This document shows, one piece after another, positions 53,101 through 64,000 of a DNA stretch of 64,000 bases (position 1 is the first letter of the stretch; each line of letters opens with the position of its first letter). The translations under genes were made by a program, and so were the position numbers. Source of the stretch: Eimeria praecox (taxonomy: Eukaryota); the NCBI GenBank assembly GCA_963920595.1, contig OY986948.1:4712001-4776000 (forward strand), in the 5' to 3' direction. Below the pieces are notes generated by a model that saw only the letters and a program-made list of their open reading frames with translations, did not search any database and was not told the origin of the DNA.

Positions 53101-53389
53101 ATTTCCACTGGGGGGTGCAGAACAGGCTTTTCGCATTGCTCATCGGCAGCAGAACCATGATGGGGCCCTGCCGTCGAGTTATGCTCAAACCGCAGCTGTC
53201 GACCGGACCACTGCGGCGGTCACCGTTACTCTCTGTCACCACAACTACACACAACCATAATACCAGACATTTTGTCTTCGACTTTTCCAATGAATTGTTT
53301 TTTTTATTTGAACTCGCAAGCTTCTGATTATCTTGAACGCTTTGGTTTCTTTGCACTCTAGACAAATCTAAATCTGAATGTGCGAGCAT

Positions 53390-55480
53390 CATCTTTAAAG
53401 TGCCTAACCGATCACCCTGTTGTAAACTTTTCGGATGCAAATTGCACAGCCTTCCTGTTGCTGCGTTCATAGTCTTTGAGGTCAATGTAGACTGGCTTTA
53501 CGCTCATAGAGATGTTGTCGTAAAGTTTTGCTGAACCGGGAAGAGAGCTTGCATGCTCACTCGGGTACTCAGCAAGATGAACACTGTGTAATTCTTGCCT
53601 GCAGGCATCAAGAAGTTTGGAGATGGGGATCTATCCACATCGGAATTTCGAGCTCTTGGACTCTAGTTCCCTCCTTTGCGCAAAGCCATTCATGGCTTTT
53701 GTAAAATTCTGCTTCACTGCTCGGCTACGACATATCACAGAACTTCGGTTTATGAGAAAGCGTACCGCGAAAAGAAGCGAACACCTTCAAGCACAGGCTT
53801 TTACATCCGGTACACAGCTTCTTCAACCGTCTTACTTTCCCTTCCCTTTTACTCATATCAAAGATTGCCGGTGTTCCTCTTCACGTTTTGCTTTGATGAG
53901 CACCTTCATTTTCGTTTTTGTTTGCGTAGCAAGAGCCCTCCGATCTCATTTGCCATTTAATATTTTCGTGGTACCATTCATATACGCTTGCATACAGCAC
54001 GCATGCCAAGTTACAATCGCACAAGCATCCTGTAGTTACTTTCCCACCCATTTTAATATTGCATTCTGAGCTTCTGCTCATCGTCATTTGTGTCTTCTTA
54101 ATGTATCTCCCTCAGAGTTTTCTGGCCGCTAGAAGTGCTTTGCGCAAGCAACGATGCTTCCAGAGGTGCATTGTACTTCTTAAAGGCCTTAACTCTTCCA
54201 ATTTTAACGGATGGCACTCCCGAAGGAGGCTCTTCCGTAAATATTGCCGGGTTTTTCATCGCCATGTTCCAATATTTCAACACCTTCCTCCAGTTCTCTC
54301 TCTAAGCTCGCCGCATGCTGCTGAAAATCCAGTAGTTGCGCCTTCTCTCTCCATGCACTCTTCTGCTCTGTAAGACTGATGCGACACTCACAGTCGTTAT
54401 TTGTTCCTCGCACCACTGATGTTCTTTTCCCCCTTTCGAGAAAACATAGTAACCGTTCCTTGCTTCCCAACTGCCCCGACTACATCGCGTACAACATGAC
54501 GATGCATCCCTCAATCCAACAGTAACAAAACCAGCACAGCACTGCATCTGGGATTCAATTTGAACCCCAAATGCAGTGCTTTGCTGCATTGTGCTCCTTG
54601 CCAAACAGACAGACGCCTCGCCCTCATCGCTACAGCTGCACTTGATCCAGAGGTACATACTTTCGACCCCTGAGGGACGCATCTTCAACCCCAGGGTGAT
54701 CTCCTGCAGCTAACACCGCTGCCAGGCATCTCGTCCTCTTCGGCGTGGAAATTCGTGCATGTTTTCTGCTGTTCCCCCTTTGCCATATCTACTTTGGGTG
54801 CTCATCCAATTGCATTTTACTGGGTTGAAAGGGCTCACTTGTTGCAACAGCGAGCCATAATACAACCAGAACCCCAATTAACCACTACTCCTGTCAGTCT
54901 TATCACTCTCCTGTCTCTCTTCATCGCTGCCAGTTTGTCAGTAATCGCAACCAACTGCATCACCTCTACAGACTGCCTAATGAGTGTGTCCAATTGTTGC
55001 TCATTGCCACTATCTAATTTTTCTACGACAGATGTTTCCCTTACCCTAATGCTCTGCTGATTATCTTCAACAGTTGCCCGATCTAAGCTACCGAGACACC
55101 GCCGCCTTCTGTTACTAGCCACCCTCTGTTAGTAACAGCTACAACTCGCTGAAGACTGGGTTGCCGTTGCCACTCTAAGCACAATAGCCTCTACTGTTAT
55201 TACTACGACCGACGACTACAACACTGAAGAGCTGCAACTCTCGGTATCCCGTGCGACGCAAATTCCCGCGTGCACCAAAGGATGGAGGCCTTACAGGGCA
55301 ATTCTTTGTGCAAAGTCTGCGTTTGCAGTAGGCAAGGCACTTTACTGCCTGGCCGCTGAAGACGCCTTAAACTTACAATAAACTAGAAACTGATATATGC
55401 CAATAGCCAGTTCCCTTCCTTATGTGTAAAGACGAGGCAATATAATACTGTTCGTTCAACCAGTATCAGCCGTTCGCCTT
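53390..55480 (-). mobile_element. Second, diverged single-copy relic of the USP + copia-type RT module
   Basis: YYIASSLH (55447-55424; Cys-box equivalent), GEQQ/MHEF across a frameshift (~54778-54748; QQDAxEF), CNLACVLY (~54017-53992), NVKRNTGNL*YE (~53885-53850), then DACRQELHS..RKAVQFASEKFTTG*SVRHFKDD, colinear with the array unit. Confidence 0.65.
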
Positions 55481-55566
55481 CGCCGACGTCGGTATGCGGT
55501 GGCAACGGCGGCGTAAATGTGCAACACGAAGCCTGGTTGCATAGCAACGCAATACTGCACGGTACT

Positions 55567-58500
55567 TTATGGGAAACCTAAGGAGCAAACTGCTACTTGC
55601 CACCCTCCTGTGAAATAAAACGACACCGCGCCTAAAACTCCTACGCTTCGATCTAGAATGGCAATAACCGCATGCACTTGCCTGGATGTGTCGATGGGTT
55701 CAAACGGTAGCTCGGATGAAAGTGACTCCCTTGAATCTTCATGCATAGTCCCTGTGCTGCTTCTTGATTGAAGATCCAGCATATTGGATGGCGGGTGAGC
55801 AAACTTCGAGTTTGAGCGACGCATATCGCACACATTGGCGTCAAATGCGCTATGAACGGTAAAAATCGTGACTTCGCGGTGAATTACGCGGATTGTCTTC
55901 AGATGGACGAATGCTACATGCTGGCTGTAATACACACACATGCTCACACATGCTAGGACTTGAGCACACTGGAAAATATGAAATACACAACTGCTTGTTT
56001 CGGGCACAGCTATCATGCTCTGCATTTCGCGTTCCATCGGCAATACACGGATGCCATAACTACGCTGTAGCTATAGCAACACATCGTGGGGAGCAAGCAA
56101 CACAGCGCCCCTGGGTTTTCTGATGACTTCACGAGCTGCAATAGTGCAACGGCCTGCAACGACGACAACAAATACACTTACTCGAAGCAGCGAGGCTCAC
56201 TGTGCTCCTCCCTTTGAAAGGAAATTTTAAATTCTTTGGAGCAGCAAATCTGACCTGGCACGCCGTTGCTCTCTATATCATTCCCCACCAGAACGTCAAG
56301 TCCCCAGAGGTCATATCGGAGGCGTCTGCTGCCAATTACTCCACCAACGCATGAGCCCACGTGCAAACCGATGCGCATGTTGAGACCTGGCACCTGCATT
56401 TCTTCTCTAACCGCCTGCACGTGCTCTAGCATCTGCCTTGCCATGCAAAGAATCCTGCATGCCTTGTCTGTTTCCTGGCGGTCACGGCAGCACCCAGAGT
56501 CCCCTCCGCACACAGCCTCCCACTGTGAACGCCACTGAGAATTCGAAACCTCCTCTGTCTGTCCCCCAACGCGAGGAGCAACGCTGGGACCACTGAAGGC
56601 TTCTGGGTGCTTTGAAAAGGGTTCCTGCGCTGGCGAATCGATGTGCAAGCCTGAGACAGCTACATACGCGTCTCCGATTGTGCAGAGCTTGTACAGATTT
56701 AGCATTATGGTGTCTCTGTCGAAGCGGGTAAACAGACGCTGAACACACATACTGCAATGCATGCAACTGATGAGCCTTTGAGGTGGTGCCCTGCCTGACA
56801 GAAAACTGCACAACCTGCATTCTCCACAGGCGAAGCAACCTCAGCCCCTGGAAGCGCTAGCACACGCTTACTTGCAGCAGGGAGAGCACTTGCTCGGCAC
56901 TAACGCTCCTGGACCAAGCAGTAAACCCGCAGATGTCCGCAAAGAGAAATGCCAGTGACTCGTGTGAGTACGCCAACCTCAAATTGTCGTTCTGAAACTC
57001 AATAAGTAGCTCTTTAGGAAGCATATCATTCAGAAGCTCTAAGCTGCGCCGTTCCAATGCGCTCGCCTCCTGGTTAACGATGTACGTTTGCCGGTCGTCA
57101 TGCTCCTGCACAGGCCCACATGACTGAACAGTTCACCTCTGCGGCAAGTGCCCTAGCGAGTCAGTACACAAATTTGAGGGAACTGGTTGGGCGGGGTGTG
57201 GGGGGGGGTGGGGGGCGGGTTGAATAGAAACGAACGTACTCGAACATAGCAAGATATCAGATTAACCACGAGCAGCAGGCACACTATCAACATGCCGCGA
57301 AGGCGCTCCGTTGTCGGCTGAGAAACTAGCATAGCACTGCTGACGCTCGCCTGCGTTCGCATCAGTCCAGAACCATTTTAACAAAAGAGCAGAGTAGGCC
57401 TTTTTCGCTGTTCGCTCAAGCAATACGCCGGTACATCGCAGAACACCATCCGTCTTACTGTTATTAAAAGAGCATCCACAAAAATGATATGTTGGAACAA
57501 AAGGCCAGTATTGTGGTGAATTAATGTTAGGAAGAAAGAAAGCTCCACTGTATCGGCCGTGTGCCACTCAGAGGCGATCTTCTTCCTGAATAGCCACAGC
57601 AGTGCAATGCGTTCCCAAAGGAAGCAACATAAACAGGTGCTTTCTCGTAATTTCAGCTTCGCTTAGCTTCCGCGCTTAGCCGACAGAGCCAGTGCTCTTG
57701 TCACTCGCACGTATACAACGAAGCTGTTTGCCGTTCTCCTAAAACATGTGCAGTTCACGTACCCTGGATCCCTCGCATTTGTCAGTACAAACGCCAAAGC
57801 GGCAAAAATAAATAGGAGATTGAGCCAAAATATTAACCAGCGAATTCCCATCCACTGAATGCAAGCACACGCATGACGGTTGCCTTCTCGCTGCGGCGAC
57901 CACCCCCATCATGGGATGCACCATGGGATGCACCATGGTGTTGTACAGAACCCACTTCCCCCAAACAGTCCGCTAAAACCCTCCCCTTGCGTTGCATACT
58001 TACCGATATGCTCGCTCTTTGCCTGTAGTGAATGAGTAACCACAGCAAGAGGACTGTAGCAGCGACGAAAGACCTGGTGCTCCACACAAGCATGCGCTGA
58101 GTTTGGAACAACTCGCATGTGGCAGGTGATAGACGATCCATTGACAGAAAGGCGATAGATTCGTGCACAAACGCCACCTGCAAATTTACACATAGGTAAC
58201 CTTTCCGCAAACACCGCTAAAGAGCCCACCCTGGGCGAGCTGGTCCCCCTCTCATGTGCCGATGTGCTACGAGGCTCTATCGTGCAGTTCAGAAGACCTC
58301 ATGAACTGTCTGTCCTTCTTATCCCACCAAGAAGATGATGATGGCTTGTTCAATCGCGTTTATGTGCGCCTTGTCTGAGTAGAAACTGTGTTTGTAGCTG
58401 TCTTCCATGTCGCTCGAACAGAACCTTAGTCGCACCATATCGGTGCGCGCGTTCAATCCGAACGCCCTCGTCAACCTCGACGACAGCTTGAGTCGCCCAA

Positions 58501-61500
58501 TATCGTCCTCTCCTCCATTTGCTAGCCTGCACAGCGGCTCTTCAAGATCAGTACGCCCAGCACCACCCGTTCCAGCCCTTCTCCAGGGATTATCTGCCGA
58601 CGATGAAGCACTACGGCTGCGATTTCGGTTTGCCTGCCGTACCTGACTGCCACTTCGTCGGCGCCGGCTGCTTGAACCGAACTGCACTGGACTGAACACG
58701 GATGCCACCGCGTTTGTGATGCGTTGCATCCGCTCAGCCCCGCGCCACCGTGAAGAGCGCTCATTAGAAAGCGTAGAGCGCCCGTCTAAAGGAACTGACT
58801 CCTTTGCGAGTGAGACACACTCAGTGTTGCTGTCGCAGTCATTACGTCCGCATATTTCTGCAGCCACTCCACCGCCTAGTGCATCTAAAGAACTGGATGA
58901 CTGATGCAGAGCGCACCACGGTCGGCTCGCAGCGCAGTCGGCCGAAGACTCGCTTACGAGACTCATGCTTTGGCACCCTGCGCAATGAAAGGGTTCATCT
59001 ACAACTGGCACCCCGCGGGACGTCCCTCCCCCTGGGCTGTAACTATCAGGGCGATCCGCGAGCCTCTGGGAGGCGGCCTCTGGGTAGACGGTGCTCGACT
59101 TCGGAACTGTTATGTTGGGATCCTGCCAGTGGCGACTCCGATGTTGCCGAGGCCACTGAGACGCACCGTGGAAGTAAGATGAAACATCCTCACTCTCCTG
59201 AGGAAAGAGCAACGTGCTGCTCCCAGCTGAAAGATTTCTGCCGTGTCCCGCAGAGTCAGGAACACGGGCCGTAGCCTCATCCAGAGGAGTACGCATGCCA
59301 ACCACATGGTCGAGGAGGTATGTTTGCATAGGGCCTGAGCACAGGGTGTCAGTACCCACGGGTAGCCCGTTCTTCTTGGCACCATCAACCGTACCAAAGT
59401 AACGCAAACTGTTGCACTGGTCCCCCAAGAGGCTGCGACTATTCGGCTCCCGTCGCCCCCCATATCACTGCGTTCGCTCACCTTTGCCTTTGACGTCGAC
59501 AATCATTTCCCTCCATTTGAACTGCTGGTCATGAGCTACAAATCTATGTGTTGCTCCGCTTATGTGAATCCCGTCAGCGACACCTACGAAACACGCATGG
59601 ATTTCAGATGTATGCTCACGTGGTGCACAGAAACTAGCGCTGCATCACAACACGCCAACGAGGATACTCCGCGTCTTATGCTAACAAGAGCAAAAGGATA
59701 CGCCATTGAAACTTCTGTCGCTACTCGCCGGAGCAAAGGGAAGATAGTTGAGCCTTTGCCCCTCCCGATTAGAACGCACTGGTGCTCTTCATTCTTGAAG
59801 CGGTGTTAACTGTGTCACCAAATAACGCATATTGGGGCTTCCGGGAACCGACGACACCGCTGCACCACACGAAAATGTGTCGCGGCTTGTTTTGACGGAA
59901 AGTATCCTAATTGGTTCCATGGATTTGTTCGAAAACCCAGCTAGCCCAACCATGCAATGGGCCAATATGACCCAGCTTCTAACCTACCTGATTACATTCC
60001 CACTGTGAATGCCAATCTTCACACGGAGACGGCGTGTTTGCCGCTGTCCTCCGGAGTCGTTTACTCCCTGAGATGCATCGGCATCTCTAGGACTACTAGA
60101 CTGGCTCCGCGCCTCCTCCGGTCCCCTGGCTGGCGGCTCGGCCGAATCGTATGTAATATACATAGTCACTTGAAGCATTGCCAAGGCAGTCCTGAGAAGC
60201 ACCGAAGTAACAAAAAAGCCACATTAATATGATTTCCAGGTCAATTAAGAGGCCCATATACAAGCTCTGCCCTATGCTGATCTTCAACCGTGCTGCTGCT
60301 CACTCAACAGCACTGAACGCGCCTTGTTGGACTTTAAGTAGATCCCGTTCTCCGAACGTATCCCTCTCGTCGTCCATTTGCCCCGCTGCATCGTCAGCTA
60401 AAACTGGGTCGTTCAGGCCTGAGTAAGGATACGCTTCACACTCGGTTGGGCATAAACCGGTTCAGGAACCGTGTAATCTACCGAAATAAGGTGCTGCCAT
60501 GCAAACTACTCCCCTTGGTAGCTCCCTCGACCTCATTGAAGATGGTAGGAAGGCGAGCACCACACTCCCCATGAAATCTGCCGTGAAGATGTACTCGCAC
60601 GCGCAGCATGCTGGCTGGCAACGTCTTACCGGCGGCAGCAAGATATGTCTCAAAGACAGTTTCGATCTTTACCAGCTGGAACTGCTCGCTCAGCTTGTCG
60701 AAGCACAAGAAGAGCGCATCCAGAAGCTTCACCAGATCCTGCATGTGAGGGCATGCGCAGCGCAGACTCCCAAGCCTATAAGAAGTTGTGGCTGATGGTG
60801 GCAGCCTCAGTACGTGCCAAACCAAATGTAAGGTCACCCCGGCAGCGAAAAAGGTGAAATGTGAGAAGTATACTCAAGGCATCGTATAACAGTATACACG
60901 GACACTCCACTGCATGTAAGGTCACCCCGGCAGCGAAAAAGGTGAATGCGAGAAGTATACTCAAGGCATCGTATAACAGTATACACGGACACTCCATTGC
61001 TACAAAGATAAACACTAATGCAGCCACCCTAGGCGCATACCTGAGGCAACGAAAAGGCGCAAACAAGGTTATGAAAGTCCGCAACGTCGCAAAAGAGGAC
61101 CGAGAGAAAAAGCGGTGGTGAACACAAATAATAAGGAATTGCATTGGGCATGTTCATGGGCCTGAACCACAGAAAAGAACGAAGCAACGGAACGCCCTGC
61201 CCCCAAAACCCGCTGGCTCCGAAAGCTAAAAGATGCGCAACCGTAGCGAACTGTCTAACCGCGTGGTGTACACCAAGCCATTTAGCTTGCCTTGGATCTG
61301 TGTGAGTTGCAGACAGCATCTTGGCCACCACAAAGGAAGGCAGCATGGTATTCAGGATTTCTCTGCTCCGCATGCGCGCCGCTTGTACCTTTGTCCCATC
61401 AAATCCACATACAAACCGGAGCAACTTTGTACCCCAACCAGTTAGACAGCGAACTGCCTAGTGAACCACTCCCCCCCCAGCCATCCCCTACCTCTCCCAA

Positions 61501-64000
61501 GGCTGTGGGGAGGTGATGCGTACGCAGGTCAGCTTGCCTGAGTGTCAAGAAGGAAACGCTTCCGTTGATTGTATTCCTGACGGTAACAGCCGAACGCCAT
61601 GAGTGACACCAACCCCAAAACCCAGGGGATGTACGACAGAAGTTGCCATATGCACAGACAACGCGGTTCGCGCTGACTTAATACTTCCTCCGCAGTTGAA
61701 CCTATTTCATAAGCTGCAGCCACAGCTAGTAGTTCCTGTCTCGTGCGGAGAGGAGCCATCAGTTGATGGAGCTCCGAATCCACCGGGATGCACCGACCAA
61801 GACGATCCAAAGAGAAACCTTCTGCACAAGGAGTCGTAACTAAGGGAGAGAGGAGGCGAGGGGGAGATATAGTACACGCAAAACGACAGAAGTATGACTG
61901 GTTGTAAAACCCCAGGAAGTAGCGAATTGTGCTAGAAAGTACGTAAAACAAGTTCAGTGCAGTTGCCAGCTTAAAAGGTAGCCGCAGCATAACAGCAACC
62001 ACGAGGATAACGGATAGGCTGGTGTCCATCCCCTCCGCTGACTGCATAGCACAATACACGACAAAACGCATCACCAGGAAAGACGCTGTTTGGCAAACTA
62101 TGGTTTCAACGTGCAGGACTGGACAGCAACAGCGTGACGACTGCAAGTTCTGCTGCAAGCCGCCATGCACCAGCAAAACTGCGTATCGCAAACACTGCTG
62201 GGGTTCTTCCGCTGCACACGTTCAAATGCTGCCGAGCTCACCAGCCGGTAATCAACTATATTTTGCAGAAGCACGTACAGGACTGCTGCAGATCCGACGA
62301 AAAAGTCAAACCTACTGGCAAATGAACGACGGAAAGAACAAAGCAGCAGTCCAGCAAGGGGTGTTAAAGGTAGGAGCGACAAAATCAGATCGCCGAGACC
62401 TCTCGGAGTGCTTACGCCATTGTGAACATTATGCGTCACAAGATTGAATATAACCCCCAACACGAGGAAGACAGCCAACGTGCTCCGAAAGACAACTGTT
62501 GATCGACGCAACTCCCTCTCGCGGGCGGATTGATAGTCCGCCTCCAAGTAGGGATCACGGAAAGTCAACGTGATGCCCTTTAGGGCGTCATTTGCACGCT
62601 GCTCTGTTGCGGCTTCGTCGCATACAACAGCTGGTGCAGAAGGTGTGAAAGCCTCAAAGTCACTTTCAGATCCAAAGAAGCTTTCACTAGACCAGTCATC
62701 TTCCACCACCACATTGCTTTCCGAAAACATGCTGGTCGTGTCAGTCATCCCCCGCCGAAGGTTCCGCTCGTCTCCGCTGTCTGTCGTTGTCCCCATGCCA
62801 ACTAGAAGACCCCCTGCGGACGTTGTCAGATGCCGTCTCACCTCCCATGAAGGTGGATTTAGGATTGGGCTCTCAGATGCTGCAAAGCCATCGCATGGAC
62901 GAACACATGCAGCGTCTATGCGTTAACTGTAGGCGCATCCATGGAGTGTACAATGTGCAAGAAATCGGCAGGACAAATCGGAGTACACTGCCACCTCATC
63001 AAACACCTGTTGCCTTACCGATTGCAAGAGTCCTCGACGAACGAACGAGGGCCTTCCCCCTCGGGTGCAACGAGAGAGAGTGTCGCACGGCCTCTCCGTT
63101 CAGCAGCGAGAAAAAGAAAGGAGCAGGAAGTCGAGACGCTACTCTCTGGAGAAACAGCAAATGATGCCGTCTGTGATACGAGCACAGAGCGGCACCGGTG
63201 ATAAAACTGCGCCGGCAGAATGCTGAGCTGCACCCCACCTCCATCAGCCCCAGACAGCGCGTCTCCATCTGACAGTCCTGCACTTCATAATTTTCAGTGT
63301 TGCTCTCCAGTTCCCTTAGCATAAATGCATCCGTAGCTTCCAGCGTCCAGCATAACCTGCAGGTCTGTGGTGACATCTCCGCATCCTGCTTGCCTCGATT
63401 AAAGCAAACTGAGTAAGGCCGCTGCCGTTGCTGGTACCTACTGCCACAGTGCTCGATGTGCCTTGCAGGCAAATCGTCGGCACCTGTTTCTGGCTCCTCT
63501 GCGCACATGCCGTCTGCAGCTAGTAAGACCTTCTCCGGGCCAAGCAGCAGGTTGAAGCGCCTAAATAATCCGGCCACAAGCATTGCCACGGCAACGCAGG
63601 GAAGTAGAACAAGCCACCACGCAGGAAATCCATATGGCAGAAGGTGAAGCTGTCTCATGCCGCTGGTCCCTCCATAGAAAAGCAAGAACTGAAGAACAGT
63701 GAGGAGCCACGGGAAGCTAGCCAGGGCCATGACAATGCAAAGGGGTCGCAAGTGTGCGAAGCATGCCCCTATCCGCTTATAACAAAGCAGAATAAACATA
63801 TCAGATGCCTTTGTCTCTCGAAAATCCATCAGCAAAGCACTATCACGATGAGCCATCGACTCAATTCCGCAGGGGCGCATCGATGCATGCATGCTGGTTA
63901 GGTGCAAATCATCTACAGAGCTGTAAGGGCTTGCAATCGTCTCTCGGGCCGTCTGGAGCATGTACGCCTCCCGATTCTGATGAGAATTGATATCAGCTGC
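55567..64000 (-). CDS. GC: Apicomplexan membrane guanylyl cyclase, C-terminal cyclase half (two TM blocks and two class III cyclase domains); 5' part lies beyond the window, exact stop uncertain
   Basis: C1: [85 protein letters not shown]2: [81 protein letters not shown]. Hydrophobic exons precede each domain. Confidence 0.93.
60826..61000. repeat. Intronic direct tandem duplication, 88-bp period, 2 copies
   Basis: atgtaaggtcaccccggcagcgaaaaaggtgaa...cggacactcca.tgc starts at 60826 and again at 60914, with about 3 differences. It lies between two cyclase C1 exons. Confidence 0.9.

Larger units (their letters stand above)
28755..53453. repeat. Head-to-tail tandem array of 8 near-identical 3080-bp units (one spacing is 3100 bp)
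   Basis: Identical marker ORF starts at 29765, 32845, 35925, 39005, 42105, 45185, 48265 and 51345. Units differ only by scattered SNPs, one 21-bp duplication and one 1-bp deletion. Confidence 0.98.

Noticed and set aside
28755..53453. Array as rDNA/5S, spliced-leader, snRNA, tRNA or histone repeat, or as a CRISPR array
   Set aside because: No recognisable rRNA, tRNA, snRNA or histone motifs in the unit; no short repeat-spacer structure; content is better explained by retroelement motifs. A covariance-model (Rfam) search was not possible.

Overview
Eukaryotic, intron-rich, CAG/TGCATGCA-bearing sequence typical of a coccidian apicomplexan (Eimeria/Cyclospora-like; organism is inferred). The left third holds ordinary spliced genes: a coiled-coil hypothetical protein, TSR1, a CRAL-TRIO/Sec14 protein and a very large DOT1-like methyltransferase with a Q/A-rich tail. 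The right end is the C-terminal half of the apicomplexan membrane guanylyl cyclase. Between them (~25.3-55.5 kb) lies a retroelement graveyard. It has a plus-strand gag-knuckle/protease relic and a minus-strand chromovirus (Ty3/gypsy) pol relic that breaks off inside RT. At that break begins a 24.7-kb head-to-tail array of 8 nearly identical 3080-bp units. Read by eye on the minus strand, each unit is a decayed fragment ordered integrase -> ubiquitin-specific protease (USP/C19) -> Ty1/copia-type RT N-terminus. A second, independently decayed copy of the USP+copia-RT module lies right of the array. The main candidate novelty is therefore a copia-like retroelement family carrying a deubiquitinase domain in its pol, recently amplified in tandem. 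All relic calls come from manual motif reading of frameshifted or stop-riddled sequence and need HMM confirmation.
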